Virus record (IMG/VR): IMGVR_UViG_3300047548_000808
Length of the DNA: 64,000 bases
Origin: an uncultured virus (IMG/VR IMGVR_UViG_3300047548_000808)
Lineage: Duplodnaviria; Heunggongvirae; Uroviricota; Caudoviricetes
Direction: 5' to 3' (one strand)
Below the pieces are notes generated by a model, which saw only the letters and a list, made by a program, of their open reading frames with translations, did no database searches and had not been told where the DNA came from. Numbering within the stretch: position 1 is the first letter of the stretch; each line of letters begins with the position of its first letter. Positions 37,068 through 47,600 of this stretch are shown one piece after another. The position numbers and the translations under genes are program-made.

Positions 37068-40000
37068 ATGATTCCAAACCGTCGAATTGTCAAGTTCAAA
37101 AGCAGCAAGCCTGTAGTGGCTGCAGTCGAACCAAAGCGTATTATTAGTCACCAACTTAATGCTCAGTTAACACCAGTACAGGCTGTTGCTGCAACTATTG
37201 AAATCAAGGCGCGTAACAAGCGCCTTTACGCATTTGAGGAAAAGGGTAACCCAGATGCTCGCCTTACTCCCCCTGATCCACTAGAAGACACTGAAGATCA
37301 GTACAAACTAAAGACTACTTCTGATACACCGTTCTTGGACATTTTCCTAGGACGAAAGTTTCAGATTACTACTGAGTCGGTAACTCAGAGTCGTGGTGGT
37401 AAGTCGCAGAAGCCTACTAAATCTAATAAGACTTCTAGAAAGAAGGGCACTGCAGCACGTCTTGACTACTTCATGCTCAAGCTGCTGCTACGAGCTATCT
37501 GTCCTAACCAAATTATTGTTCCTGATATTGTATCAGATAACAAGAGCGAAGCTGGGACGCAGCTAAAGTATCTTATCGAAAATGCTGCTGCAAAGTATAC
37601 AGTAAATAGGCTTCTCAAGGTATCTAAAAACCTTGAGGCCAAGAACTTTCGTATTGAACTGCCTATCATAACTGCTGATTTTGGGCAATTTGCACACACG
37701 CTTGGGTACCTAATTGCTGGAGGAAAACCTGTAATCGATCCTGAAACCGGCGAGCCCGGCAGTACGTATATCAACACCAGAATAAGTGACGACCCGACGG
37801 ATAAGCTCCTGTTGACGCTGCCTGACGTAATCAGCATTCCTATTGGTAAGATGGGTTTCCCAACCAAGGGTATGGATGTAGAAGAACTAAATTATCTAGC
37901 TAAGGCTAATGCATCTATTGTTATCCACCCAATTAAGTTGGGTCCGCCGCGACCAGTAGCACCTGGGACTGAGGTAGTAGACACAAATGAACCAAACTAC
38001 GGAATTTACGCAGCACTAGCTATAGACTGCTCGCGCAAAGAGGCCGAGTACATTACTAAGACTCCATTCTCAGAAATTCGTGCTCTAGACATTTATAGCA
38101 TGCTTCTGAATTGGGCAGCACCTGCTGGACCAAAGAATTCGCATCGCTATGATTCTAGTACTAGTGCTAGGTTCTCGGTTCCTCTTTCACGTATGGCTAG
38201 CTTGCTTCCAAAGGATAGCGGCGACCTAGTTCGTACTAACGAAGATGGAATTTGCATTACTGTTGACGGTGAATTCCTAGCGCTACCTGCTAGTGTAGAT
38301 AACACAAATTACTACGAAACCACGTATCAGAACTATCTAGGTGATGAGACTACCGCCCAGATTAATACTCCACAAGACTACGCGCTAGGGAATAAAAAAG
38401 CTGCGGCTATTAAATCTCTCCCTATTCTTTTAGACTGGCAAAACTGCAAGTTCTCTTACACTGACACCAGTGGTGCTCTAGCAGTACTAGATCTTGATAA
38501 TAGCTATAAGGCCACTACCACTCACTACATTAGGTTCCTACGTAGTAGCTGTATGGAACAAGGTACAAAGGCATACTCCTTTGTTCGTGAGCTAGAAATA
38601 TATGCAGACATAGCAGGACTAAAGCCAGAGATGTTTGGTGCTCCGCCCAAGATAACTGAGCATATTAGTCTAATGGCTAATCGCCTTGGTTACTATAATG
38701 CAGATGACGCCAGTAAGACTCCACTTCTAGTAATTCCGTATACAGCACGTCCTTACAAGGAAGTCTCTTCGCGGGAGGAGTTTGAGTCAGATAATGGCAT
38801 TTTTGATCCATTTGATAACCAGCTCCACGAGGAAAAAGAGATTCCTGAAGGTGGTTTCAAGACAGCGGCACCGAATGCTAATAGCCAGGGTATCATGAAC
38901 CTTGCGTCTACTTTGCTGCAGAAGATGACGGAAAATCCAGAGCTATTCTATGGAAAGCGCGGAGTTATTTCTGCAGCTGGAATGGTAGCTTTGCTAAAGA
39001 TATTCCTCAAAGGTGCGGATTTTCCTGAACTAGTGCGTAAGAACATAAAGGAAAAGGAAAAATATACAAAGCAAGGTAAAGATCCTAATTATAAAACTGA
39101 CGCGCTACCTCTTATCTCTACAGATGGTAATGGTATTAGTCCTCAGTTCCATCAAGAAGAAATTCTGAACCTCCTGCGTGACAGCCCAGAGAATGCAGCT
39201 ATACCTGCCGCCGCAGGTGCTGGAAAGACGATCATCGCTATTCTGGATATTCTACGCCAGATAGACAAGGGAGATACTGGTCCCTTTGTAATTGCATGTC
39301 CAGCGGAACTGGTAGCGGACTACACAAAAGAAATTTCATACGCAACTGCAGGTAAGCTGAACCCTATCTGTATTACTACAGATGTTTGGAACCGCCATCA
39401 GATTGACGTTAAGGACGGTCTACTAAACATAATTCGTAAGGCTCCTAGAAACACGGTACTAGTAGTAGCGTATCGCACCTTATCGTTGAAGGCTTATGAA
39501 GTAGTATATGGTACTGAAAAAGTAACTATATATCCGGTCCTAGAACTTATTCGTTCTTTCCGGCCTACCTACGGTTTCTTTGACGAGTGCCATAAGCTAA
39601 AGAATCCTTCAGGTCTACAGCATAAAGCAGCAGCTAGGCTGATTGCAGGGCTTAGGACAAAGCGTATTGCTTCAGGTACCATGGTAGCAAATACTCTAGT
39701 AGATATTGCTGCACAAATTAAGCTAATCGATCCAACGATCTTCGGAAGTCAAGCTCAGTTCGCTGAGAAATACATGACTATGATTAATGGAAAGTTGGCG
39801 CCCAAGCCTGGAGCAGAGCAGGCCGCCAAGAATCTTATATTCAGCAGCATGGTTATTGCTGGAGCTGACCGAAAGAAGTGGGCGTATAAATTACCTCGTG
39901 CTCAACGTGAGTTCATACCAGTAAAGTTAACTCCGCTACAGCAGGTTACTCACGACTACTTGTTGAAAACTGCATTCGAGGAGATGTCAGGAGACTCAGC

Positions 40001-43000
40001 ACTAGACGACGGAACAGAGGAAATCTCTGAAACTGGTCAGGCACTTAAGGATTCTGCGGACAAGTATCAAAATAGCATAGCCCAAGCTATTACTGAAGCT
40101 AATCATAATCTATCCGAGGGCCTAGCTGTACTTCATGAAAATGCTAGGTTCCAAGGTGGTGACAAGTCAAAAGACATCAAACAAGTTATCGATGAGGCTT
40201 CCAAAGAAGCTGCTAAGAACGATTATAACGTAGACGTTCTTGATGCAGCCGATGCTATAGATAAAGATGAGGACGACGAAGACGAAGACTCAACATCTGG
40301 AGATCTTGAGCTTAGTGGTTATCTAACTCAGCTGGAAGGATTCATTAACGATCCATCTACCTACGAAGAACTAATGTGGAGAGTGTCTGAACTGACAGAC
40401 GTTCCTTTCACTAACATCGATCTATATTCACCAAAGGTAGCTGCTTGTATATCCAGAATCAAAAAACATCTGGATGAAAATATTCCGGGTAAAATCATTG
40501 TATTCTGTAATTATAACAATACACGAGAGGCTATTGTACGGGCTTTACCTCCGGAGATTCGTAGTCAAACTATCAATTACCTAGCTTCACAAAAGCTATC
40601 AATGCGTCATCAGTTTGAAACTGACCCAAAGATGAAGGTAATGATTGGTATTGAAAAGTCGCTAAGTACTGGATTTAACTTCCAAAATGCTTCACGGCTA
40701 ATTCGTATCGAAACAGTTTGGTCACCTTCTGATGTAGAACAAGGGGATTCTCGTATCAATCGCCCTAACGTCAAGGCCAAGGAAGTACGTGACGCCATTT
40801 ACTACGACACTATTGTAGCGGATGACACAGTAGACATTACAAAGTCTTCATACCTAGTAGCAAAACTAGTATCTCAGATTAAATTCGACCAAACTGAAGC
40901 AGTGTCAATGGAAGACCGCGTGGCGGTTAGCAAGCAAGGAACGGCTAATCCGTTTATGCTACTAGACAACCCACCCCCTTTCCGTTTGTCTCCTAAGAAC
41001 ATCATGGAAAACAGTAGTATTCAGCACATGAGTACCACTTACCTAAGTGTTCTAAATAAGACAAATAATCTACTTCGTCGTTCTTATGCTCAGTATGCTC
41101 TTGATCATAAGAATGAGTTATTTGAAAATCCTGAGGTTATTCAGGAGGACAAGACAAATGTACACCTCACTAAATTCCCATTAACTCTTGTTCAGAAGGT
41201 TACCAAGATCGCAGAAAAGCCGGCCCCAGATGACTGTGCCCTTATGTACAGAATTCCGTATGCTGCAGGCATGAACATATATGGATCAGACGCTCTGGGT
41301 CTTATTCCATACCGTCAGTGGCTTGAATTTAAAAAGTTTGACGTATTCGTTACAAAACAGGGATACAATATTATCTTTGCAGCACCTGAAGGCGTTGCTA
41401 GAAATTCACCCGAGTATAAAGCTGCAGTAACCAGACACGGCAAGCAGATTGCAGATCTTGAGAAGGAATTTGTAAAACTACATCAGCCAGTTGTGCATAC
41501 TGCCTTTGGTGATGGTGTATGTAAAAACTCTTCTGGTGTAAACCTATGGGTATACACAGAGGATAATACCAAGCTTCTAGTTCCAAAGTCAACTTGCTTT
41601 GTAGTTAATAGAGCATATACAAACAACGAAGATCTGCGGATGTCCCTGCTAAAGCAGGCGAAACTACGTATTCAAGACGCTGTAGTGAAGGATCTGGGTG
41701 CTGTACCTAAGAAGCAACTAATTTCTGACGAGGACACAAAGGCCAAGAAGGTTTCGACAGTAGCTCCTGCTGCAACAACCCAACCGGCAGCTCAAACCGA
41801 GGATAAGCTGGCTCTGTCAGTAATGACAATAAATGGCTTCCCGTATATCAGAGTCGACGACCAATTGATCGGTAGAACTGGAAGCGGAAAGTTAATGGTT
41901 AAACCCCTAGCCAAAGACTTGATGACAAACTACAAGTTCTCCAACTTTAGTGGTTCTCCTGAAGCAGTCACATCCCTGTTCCTGATAAATACACCTAGCG
42001 GAAAGGATCTTCTACGAGTTATTTCGTTCTGGGAAAAAAACGGCTTCCGTGTAGTTAAGCCACTTCGGTCTAAACTACTTGAGTTAACAACGCACGTAGC
42101 AGGCGCCTCTGATCTAGTTGACAAACTAGAAGCTATGCAGATACCAATGCTTACTTTTGACGTAGTTAAAACGCTACGTGCGGTTAAGGATAGCAAGAAT
42201 GCTGCAGGTAGCAAGCTAATCACACCATTCCCATATGTTATTAACGGAGTAACTTTGGGCATAGTTCTGGCACCAGCTTCCAATAACGTAGAAGCCATTG
42301 AGGCATTCAAGGCGTCCAACATGGCTAGCACGCTAAAGGGAACTGTATTGTCTGGCTATGGCTTACGTAGTCAGCCAACACTAGAAGAAACAGATCTAGT
42401 AGAAACACTAGAAGAGTTTGTAAACGATACTTATATTAGCGAAACTACAGCCAAGAGTCTAACTCAGAAACTACTTAAACTTCAAACTCGCACAACAGAA
42501 GGCTCGTTCGCTTTTGATTACAAATCCTCGGTAGAACTAGGAAATCAACCTGCTGCTAAGCCGCCAGTTCCAGCAAAACCAGCTCAAGCACCAGCAGAAA
42601 AGAAACCAGTAGTACCCGCACAGAGCAAAAAGCCAGTTATTGCTCCATCTATTAGAATCGTTAATAACATAGCCTCTATCAGAGTGGCTGCAGAGTCTAA
42701 GGAAGAAATCTCTCTACTAGAGTCGATGGGTTTCCAGCTAGACAACCAGATGCGTAGTGTTCGTGTCCTAACGCCCTCAGAAGTGTCTAAGGTAATGACC
42801 ACTATTCTAAAGACTCCTGGGGTAGAAATTCCACCTGCAAATCGTACAGCCATGCTTTCTCTGTTCAGCACATGGAAAAAGCATCGTGCAATCGATGACC
42901 TGGAAGTTCTAGTTCCTACTATTCATACAGAGCTTGAGATCGATAGACAAATTCACATGCGTCCAGTTAATCCCACAGCTAATGAGAATGGGGAAAGGTA

Positions 43001-43295
43001 TCCAGCTGGAACCAAGTTCATATTCATAACTCCAGTAGTTACTGACAAATCAGTTTCCTTGTCAGTTCCTGTCTCACATGCAGACTCAGTTAGACTCTTT
43101 ACTGAACTAGTGGTTCCTAATGTTGTTCAGGGCAAGGTGTATAGATCTCAAGAGGGTGTATATAGCTATTATGCCAAGAGCAAGGCCGATCTTGGAAACA
43201 AATTCAAGGAACTTCTAGGCGTAGCTGAACTAGAAAATAAGCAAGACCTGATCAATGAATTCAAGTCTCTGCGTATTACTCCAAAGCAAGCATAA
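37068..43295 (+). CDS. very large SF2 (SNF2-like) helicase-domain protein
   Basis: Walker A AAAGAGKT, DECHKLKN, ASGT, STGFNFQNAS, WSPSDVEQGDSRINR within 2075 aa. Confidence 0.8.
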   Translation: MIPNRRIVKFKSSKPVVAAVEPKRIISHQLNAQLTPVQAVAATIEIKARNKRLYAFEEKGNPDARLTPPDPLEDTEDQYKLKTTSDTPFLDIFLGRKFQITTESVTQSRGGKSQKPTKSNKTSRKKGTAARLDYFMLKLLLRAICPNQIIVPDIVSDNKSEAGTQLKYLIENAAAKYTVNRLLKVSKNLEAKNFRIELPIITADFGQFAHTLGYLIAGGKPVIDPETGEPGSTYINTRISDDPTDKLLLTLPDVISIPIGKMGFPTKGMDVEELNYLAKANASIVIHPIKLGPPRPVAPGTEVVDTNEPNYGIYAALAIDCSRKEAEYITKTPFSEIRALDIYSMLLNWAAPAGPKNSHRYDSSTSARFSVPLSRMASLLPKDSGDLVRTNEDGICITVDGEFLALPASVDNTNYYETTYQNYLGDETTAQINTPQDYALGNKKAAAIKSLPILLDWQNCKFSYTDTSGALAVLDLDNSYKATTTHYIRFLRSSCMEQGTKAYSFVRELEIYADIAGLKPEMFGAPPKITEHISLMANRLGYYNADDASKTPLLVIPYTARPYKEVSSREEFESDNGIFDPFDNQLHEEKEIPEGGFKTAAPNANSQGIMNLASTLLQKMTENPELFYGKRGVISAAGMVALLKIFLKGADFPELVRKNIKEKEKYTKQGKDPNYKTDALPLISTDGNGISPQFHQEEILNLLRDSPENAAIPAAAGAGKTIIAILDILRQIDKGDTGPFVIACPAELVADYTKEISYATAGKLNPICITTDVWNRHQIDVKDGLLNIIRKAPRNTVLVVAYRTLSLKAYEVVYGTEKVTIYPVLELIRSFRPTYGFFDECHKLKNPSGLQHKAAARLIAGLRTKRIASGTMVANTLVDIAAQIKLIDPTIFGSQAQFAEKYMTMINGKLAPKPGAEQAAKNLIFSSMVIAGADRKKWAYKLPRAQREFIPVKLTPLQQVTHDYLLKTAFEEMSGDSALDDGTEEISETGQALKDSADKYQNSIAQAITEANHNLSEGLAVLHENARFQGGDKSKDIKQVIDEASKEAAKNDYNVDVLDAADAIDKDEDDEDEDSTSGDLELSGYLTQLEGFINDPSTYEELMWRVSELTDVPFTNIDLYSPKVAACISRIKKHLDENIPGKIIVFCNYNNTREAIVRALPPEIRSQTINYLASQKLSMRHQFETDPKMKVMIGIEKSLSTGFNFQNASRLIRIETVWSPSDVEQGDSRINRPNVKAKEVRDAIYYDTIVADDTVDITKSSYLVAKLVSQIKFDQTEAVSMEDRVAVSKQGTANPFMLLDNPPPFRLSPKNIMENSSIQHMSTTYLSVLNKTNNLLRRSYAQYALDHKNELFENPEVIQEDKTNVHLTKFPLTLVQKVTKIAEKPAPDDCALMYRIPYAAGMNIYGSDALGLIPYRQWLEFKKFDVFVTKQGYNIIFAAPEGVARNSPEYKAAVTRHGKQIADLEKEFVKLHQPVVHTAFGDGVCKNSSGVNLWVYTEDNTKLLVPKSTCFVVNRAYTNNEDLRMSLLKQAKLRIQDAVVKDLGAVPKKQLISDEDTKAKKVSTVAPAATTQPAAQTEDKLALSVMTINGFPYIRVDDQLIGRTGSGKLMVKPLAKDLMTNYKFSNFSGSPEAVTSLFLINTPSGKDLLRVISFWEKNGFRVVKPLRSKLLELTTHVAGASDLVDKLEAMQIPMLTFDVVKTLRAVKDSKNAAGSKLITPFPYVINGVTLGIVLAPASNNVEAIEAFKASNMASTLKGTVLSGYGLRSQPTLEETDLVETLEEFVNDTYISETTAKSLTQKLLKLQTRTTEGSFAFDYKSSVELGNQPAAKPPVPAKPAQAPAEKKPVVPAQSKKPVIAPSIRIVNNIASIRVAAESKEEISLLESMGFQLDNQMRSVRVLTPSEVSKVMTTILKTPGVEIPPANRTAMLSLFSTWKKHRAIDDLEVLVPTIHTELEIDRQIHMRPVNPTANENGERYPAGTKFIFITPVVTDKSVSLSVPVSHADSVRLFTELVVPNVVQGKVYRSQEGVYSYYAKSKADLGNKFKELLGVAELENKQDLINEFKSLRITPKQA

Positions 43296-43341
43296 CTTAA
43301 CCTAGACTGGGTGGCTAATAACTACCCAGTCTCACTAAATA

Positions 43342-43767
43342 ATGAATGCATCACGAATCTTCCGCAACTTCCTTAACGTGTCTCAGACCACAGAGGACAC
43401 TGATCTAGACACACCGCTAACGGCCGAAGAAACCACTAACGTTATAGGATACTTTAACTTCCACTATGGGCTAGAAGAACACATGGTACGAGCCATGTTT
43501 GGAACACCAGGTCTTATTCCAGAAGATTTTCTGAATAAGTACGATCCAGACTCCAAGAAAGAAGTTTCTGAGTTTCTAGGGGATCTAGCCAAAGAAGATG
43601 TTACTGATTTTCTAGATGCTGTAGCAGCTACCCCAGTTCATCCTACTACAGAACTAGAACTTCTTGAAGCTCTAGCTACTCCAGGTTTTGCCTATAGTAC
43701 GCCTGTTACAGTTCCGGTTGTGACGAATAAAACTATTCGTCTGAATAAAAAGTTTAAAGGTAGATAA
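43342..43767 (+). CDS. hypothetical protein
   Basis: 141-aa ORF. Confidence 0.65.
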   Translation: MNASRIFRNFLNVSQTTEDTDLDTPLTAEETTNVIGYFNFHYGLEEHMVRAMFGTPGLIPEDFLNKYDPDSKKEVSEFLGDLAKEDVTDFLDAVAATPVHPTTELELLEALATPGFAYSTPVTVPVVTNKTIRLNKKFKGR

Positions 43768-43769
43768 TT

Positions 43770-44123
43770 ATGGCTGCATCAGCTGGTGACATAATAAAGT
43801 CTTGGGGTAGAGTTTCTGGTATAGAACCACTACCCTATATAAGAATCTATGCTAATGGTGCAGAGACTAAGTACCTATCCTTACGGGGAGTTATTCGTCC
43901 TGGGCTAAACAACTTTACTCTAGCAATGCAGGCTATTGGAGCTACAGTTACCCCCTCGTTATCAATATATGTACCGTCAGGAAAAGAAGATCCTGCTAAC
44001 TTTCCATGGCATGAGTACACACCTATAGCACCCAATGAGCTAAGACACTTCTCTCCTGCATTTGGATTCTACGTAAAACTAGTATTTTCTGGCAAGGGAC
44101 AGTTAATGATCACTTCCCTATAA
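43770..44123 (+). CDS. hypothetical protein
   Basis: 117-aa ORF. Confidence 0.65.
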   Translation: MAASAGDIIKSWGRVSGIEPLPYIRIYANGAETKYLSLRGVIRPGLNNFTLAMQAIGATVTPSLSIYVPSGKEDPANFPWHEYTPIAPNELRHFSPAFGFYVKLVFSGKGQLMITSL

Positions 44124-44151
44124 AGTAGTATACAGAGAAAGGACTAATAAA

Positions 44152-44946
44152 ATGAAACAGTATCTTGACTATCTTCGGCACGTCTATGAGAATGGAACTC
44201 CCAGTGGAGATCGTACTGGTACCGGAGTACGTAAAGTATTCGGGTACCAGATGCGTTTTGACCTTAGCAAAGGTCTTCCGCTTGTTACAACGAAGAAGCT
44301 ACATTTCAAGTCTATTGTTATTGAACTACTATGGTTTCTACGTGGTAGTTCTAACATCAAGTTTTTGACGGATAATGGTGTAAGCATCTGGAATGAATGG
44401 GCGGATAAAAACGGAGATCTGGGTCCACTATATCCTGTACAGTGGCGTTCATGGCCCAATCCTGATGGGTCTACTACGGATCAAATCGCACAGGTAATTG
44501 ATTCTATCAAGAATAATCCAGAGTCTCGCCGTCATATCGTGTGCTCATGGAATGTTTCTGATATTCCAAAAATGGCTCTTTCTCCATGTCATCCGTTCTT
44601 TCAGTTCTACGTCGCTGATGGAAAGCTTAGTTGCATGATGACGCAGCGATCAGTTGATTCCGTGCTCGGTTTGCCGTACAATGTAGCTAGCTATGCGCTT
44701 CTTACGCACATGATTGCGCAGCAATGTGACCTAGAAGTCGGGGAATTTATTTGGTCCGGCGGCGACTGTCATATCTATGATAATCATGTAGAGCAGGTAG
44801 AACTACAACTAACACGAGAGCCCTATCCACTACCAACGCTCACGTTTGCACGTAAACCAGACAGTATTGACGACTATAAGTTTGAAGATTTTATTCTCAA
44901 TAACTACGTAGCCCATCCACATATCAAGGCACCAGTAGCAGTATGA
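44152..44946 (+). CDS. thyA: thymidylate synthase
   Basis: [46 protein letters not shown]; 264 aa. Confidence 0.97.
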   Translation: MKQYLDYLRHVYENGTPSGDRTGTGVRKVFGYQMRFDLSKGLPLVTTKKLHFKSIVIELLWFLRGSSNIKFLTDNGVSIWNEWADKNGDLGPLYPVQWRSWPNPDGSTTDQIAQVIDSIKNNPESRRHIVCSWNVSDIPKMALSPCHPFFQFYVADGKLSCMMTQRSVDSVLGLPYNVASYALLTHMIAQQCDLEVGEFIWSGGDCHIYDNHVEQVELQLTREPYPLPTLTFARKPDSIDDYKFEDFILNNYVAHPHIKAPVAV

Positions 44947-45431
44947 TTACACTCTCAGTTGAACTAGTAGTAGCTGTAGCTAACTATGGAGCTATTGGAC
45001 ACTCTGGCGATCTAGTATGGAAGAATAAAAAAGATCTAGCTAGGTTTAAGGCTCTTACTACTGGACATCCTGTTATAATGGGCCGAAAGACTTGGGAATC
45101 GCTTCCAAAGAAACCACTACCTAACCGCGTAAACGTAGTTGTGTCTAGCACTATGGACGCACCCACGGGGGCAGTTGTCGCAAGAAATCTAGATGAGGCG
45201 CTGGATGTAATTAAGGGATACGAAAAAGCATTCGTTATTGGGGGTGCTCTGCTATATGCAGAGGCTGAGAAACTATGTTCTAAAATTCATCTAACCAGAG
45301 TATTTAGTACGTTTAGAGCAGATACATTCTTTCCACATGTTGATTATACTAAGTATAAAGTAGAGCTTGGAGAGTCTTTTGTTGATGAAAATGACGTAAC
45401 CGCTACGTTCTATACTTACACTAAGAAGTGA
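44943..45431 (+). CDS. folA: dihydrofolate reductase
   Basis: AIG..GDLVW...[43 protein letters not shown]. Confidence 0.96.
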   Translation: MITLSVELVVAVANYGAIGHSGDLVWKNKKDLARFKALTTGHPVIMGRKTWESLPKKPLPNRVNVVVSSTMDAPTGAVVARNLDEALDVIKGYEKAFVIGGALLYAEAEKLCSKIHLTRVFSTFRADTFFPHVDYTKYKVELGESFVDENDVTATFYTYTKK

Positions 45432-45432
45432 T

Positions 45433-45466
45433 AAAGGCGGGATTGTTTAAACAATCCCGCCTTTTC
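45433..45466 (+). terminator. intrinsic terminator
   Basis: AAAAGGCGGGATTGTT/AACAATCCCGCCTTTT. Confidence 0.85.
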
Positions 45467-45522
45467 TCGCGTCTATATACACTGTTAATGTCTTGCAACT
45501 ACAACTGTAACATAGAACAAAC

Positions 45523-46617
45523 ATGGCAACAAAAGCTACCTCCTCCACTACTAGCCTACCTCAACTGCTGAAGGTAGTATCTAAACTATCAGGAATGTTT
45601 ACGGATCTAGTATTTTCGTCCCAAGACGGAAAACTACAACTATACATAGCTAATGCGTCTACTCAGATGACGGTGGACCTTCCAGGAAAGTCATTTGTGG
45701 AAGATGGTTCTAGTATATCTATTGCGTATAGTGCAATGGAAGCAGCACTGTCAAAACGCAAAGAACCTACGCTAGCGCTAAAAGATGGTAGCCTAGTAAT
45801 AACAGAAGGCCGAACTGTAGTTGAAATTCAGGCTAAGGACCATACTGGTGTACCACCTATAAATATGCCAGAGCCTGAGTCGTCTGTTGAACTAAAGATT
45901 GGATCTGAAGTATGCTCGTTCTTGAATGACACGCTTGGCGAGTTAAAGATAGAGAAGATTCATCCAGCACAGCCTGATTTTAGGCTATTCATTGCTTTCA
46001 TGAAAACAAAGACTGTGCTAGCTACTTTCGACGTTCATCAGATGGCGTATATTGTATCCGATAAGGTATTTCCTAAAGTACGCGGTAAGTTTAACCTACC
46101 CTATGCGCGATTCTCTCAGATTCTAAAGGACAATCCGTTCAGTGAATCTACTCTTCTAGTTTCAGAAGATACTATCGGCCTAGTATCTGGTAGCATAAAG
46201 ATGTCTACTATTACACCTCCTGCCGAGGGTCTTCAGGGTGATGTTTCAGAAGTAATTCTTGGTAAGATTAAACAACTAGAAGAATTTGAAGGCAACCGCT
46301 TAAGTGTCAAACTAGAACCCATTTCAGATTTTCTTTATACTAGCAAAGCAGTTGCATCTGAAGACGCTCATATATCCTTTTCTGTAACTCGTGGAGACAA
46401 GTTAACCTTGAAAGTTGTATCCTCTATTGGTAGCGCTAGCACTGATATTAGACTTACAGAAAAGGTAACTACGGATTTCTCTTTCCGTCTTGATATAAGA
46501 ACAATCAAATCTTTGATTGGTAAGTGTAAAGACTTAATGGTTTTACGTATATCTGATTCTGAGGTATTTCTTGACCTACCCTCGATCAAATATATTTCTG
46601 CGCTTACTGAGGGCTGA
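45523..46617 (+). CDS. putative sliding clamp (DNA polymerase III beta-like)
   Basis: 364 aa, repeating alpha/beta pattern, VLATFDVHQMA resembling clamp VATDGHRL; replication-gene context. Confidence 0.55.
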   Translation: MATKATSSTTSLPQLLKVVSKLSGMFTDLVFSSQDGKLQLYIANASTQMTVDLPGKSFVEDGSSISIAYSAMEAALSKRKEPTLALKDGSLVITEGRTVVEIQAKDHTGVPPINMPEPESSVELKIGSEVCSFLNDTLGELKIEKIHPAQPDFRLFIAFMKTKTVLATFDVHQMAYIVSDKVFPKVRGKFNLPYARFSQILKDNPFSESTLLVSEDTIGLVSGSIKMSTITPPAEGLQGDVSEVILGKIKQLEEFEGNRLSVKLEPISDFLYTSKAVASEDAHISFSVTRGDKLTLKVVSSIGSASTDIRLTEKVTTDFSFRLDIRTIKSLIGKCKDLMVLRISDSEVFLDLPSIKYISALTEG

Positions 46618-46619
46618 AA

Positions 46620-47051
46620 ATGGTTCTTAAGGAATCCTACGTAGCTGACAGGTTTACTTTGGTATCTAATGACTCAGGGACAGCACTATATTTTATACCT
46701 GTAGTTACTCAGTTAGAAAACACACATATATCTATCAAGGTTGTTGATTCCCTAGAAGATCTTGATATCAAAGTAGGACTAGCTTTAAAAACAGAAGAGT
46801 CAGGTGAAGTATCTCGCGTTGGTTACCTAGTGCGCACCCGAGAACGTGCAATTAACTTTGGAACAGGGCTACTTCTCGTAAAGAACTCATGGTACTCAGT
46901 GTCTAAACTATCTAAACCTATAGTAAACGAAGATATATCATTACGTATAAAGTTGGAAGGGCTTATTGCGTATCATGTACCAAATAAGCTAGCTATATTC
47001 ACTACTCCAAATTTATCAACTAAGCTTCACGAATATCTAACAATGATCTAA
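46620..47051 (+). CDS. hypothetical protein
   Basis: 143-aa ORF in the replication operon. Confidence 0.65.
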   Translation: MVLKESYVADRFTLVSNDSGTALYFIPVVTQLENTHISIKVVDSLEDLDIKVGLALKTEESGEVSRVGYLVRTRERAINFGTGLLLVKNSWYSVSKLSKPIVNEDISLRIKLEGLIAYHVPNKLAIFTTPNLSTKLHEYLTMI

Positions 47052-47059
47052 GGAACATA

Positions 47060-47593
47060 ATGTCAGAACTAACAGAATCGCTGAAAGAAGATCCAATATA
47101 CGAAAAGACCAAAACAATATATAAAAGCGTTATTACAATGTATCAAGAAGAGAAGATTGTAGCCGAGATTGATCTTCTGCATAGTACTCGTAAGTCACGT
47201 AAATTAGCCGTAAATAAAGTTAATCCCAAGACACTACAGGAAGCTATTCTTATTGAAATGTCTAATAGATCTAGACTCATTGAGCTTAGGTCCATGTGCT
47301 CTAGAAATCACCAGCTAATCTCTTCCGCTAGAGAAGTTCTAAAGAAGCATATTCTATGTACGTATCCAACATTGCTTAAAGCTGAATATGGTAGCACTAT
47401 TGGAGAACGTAATAACGCAGTTGATAGCCTACTGTCAAGGTTTTTTAATCTGCAATCTCGTATTGAAGGGACTATCAACATGATTGATCTGGCTGTAAAG
47501 GATATTGATCAATCTTCGTATCAGTTCCGTAATCTTATTGATATTATGAAGCTAGTTCTTGGTGGCGGAAGCTCAAACCTAGAAACAATGTGA
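47060..47593 (+). CDS. helical hypothetical protein (UvsY-like role possible by position)
   Basis: Coiled-coil character; directly upstream of the UvsW-like helicase. Confidence 0.5.
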   Translation: MSELTESLKEDPIYEKTKTIYKSVITMYQEEKIVAEIDLLHSTRKSRKLAVNKVNPKTLQEAILIEMSNRSRLIELRSMCSRNHQLISSAREVLKKHILCTYPTLLKAEYGSTIGERNNAVDSLLSRFFNLQSRIEGTINMIDLAVKDIDQSSYQFRNLIDIMKLVLGGGSSNLETM

Positions 47594-47600
47594 GCACAGC

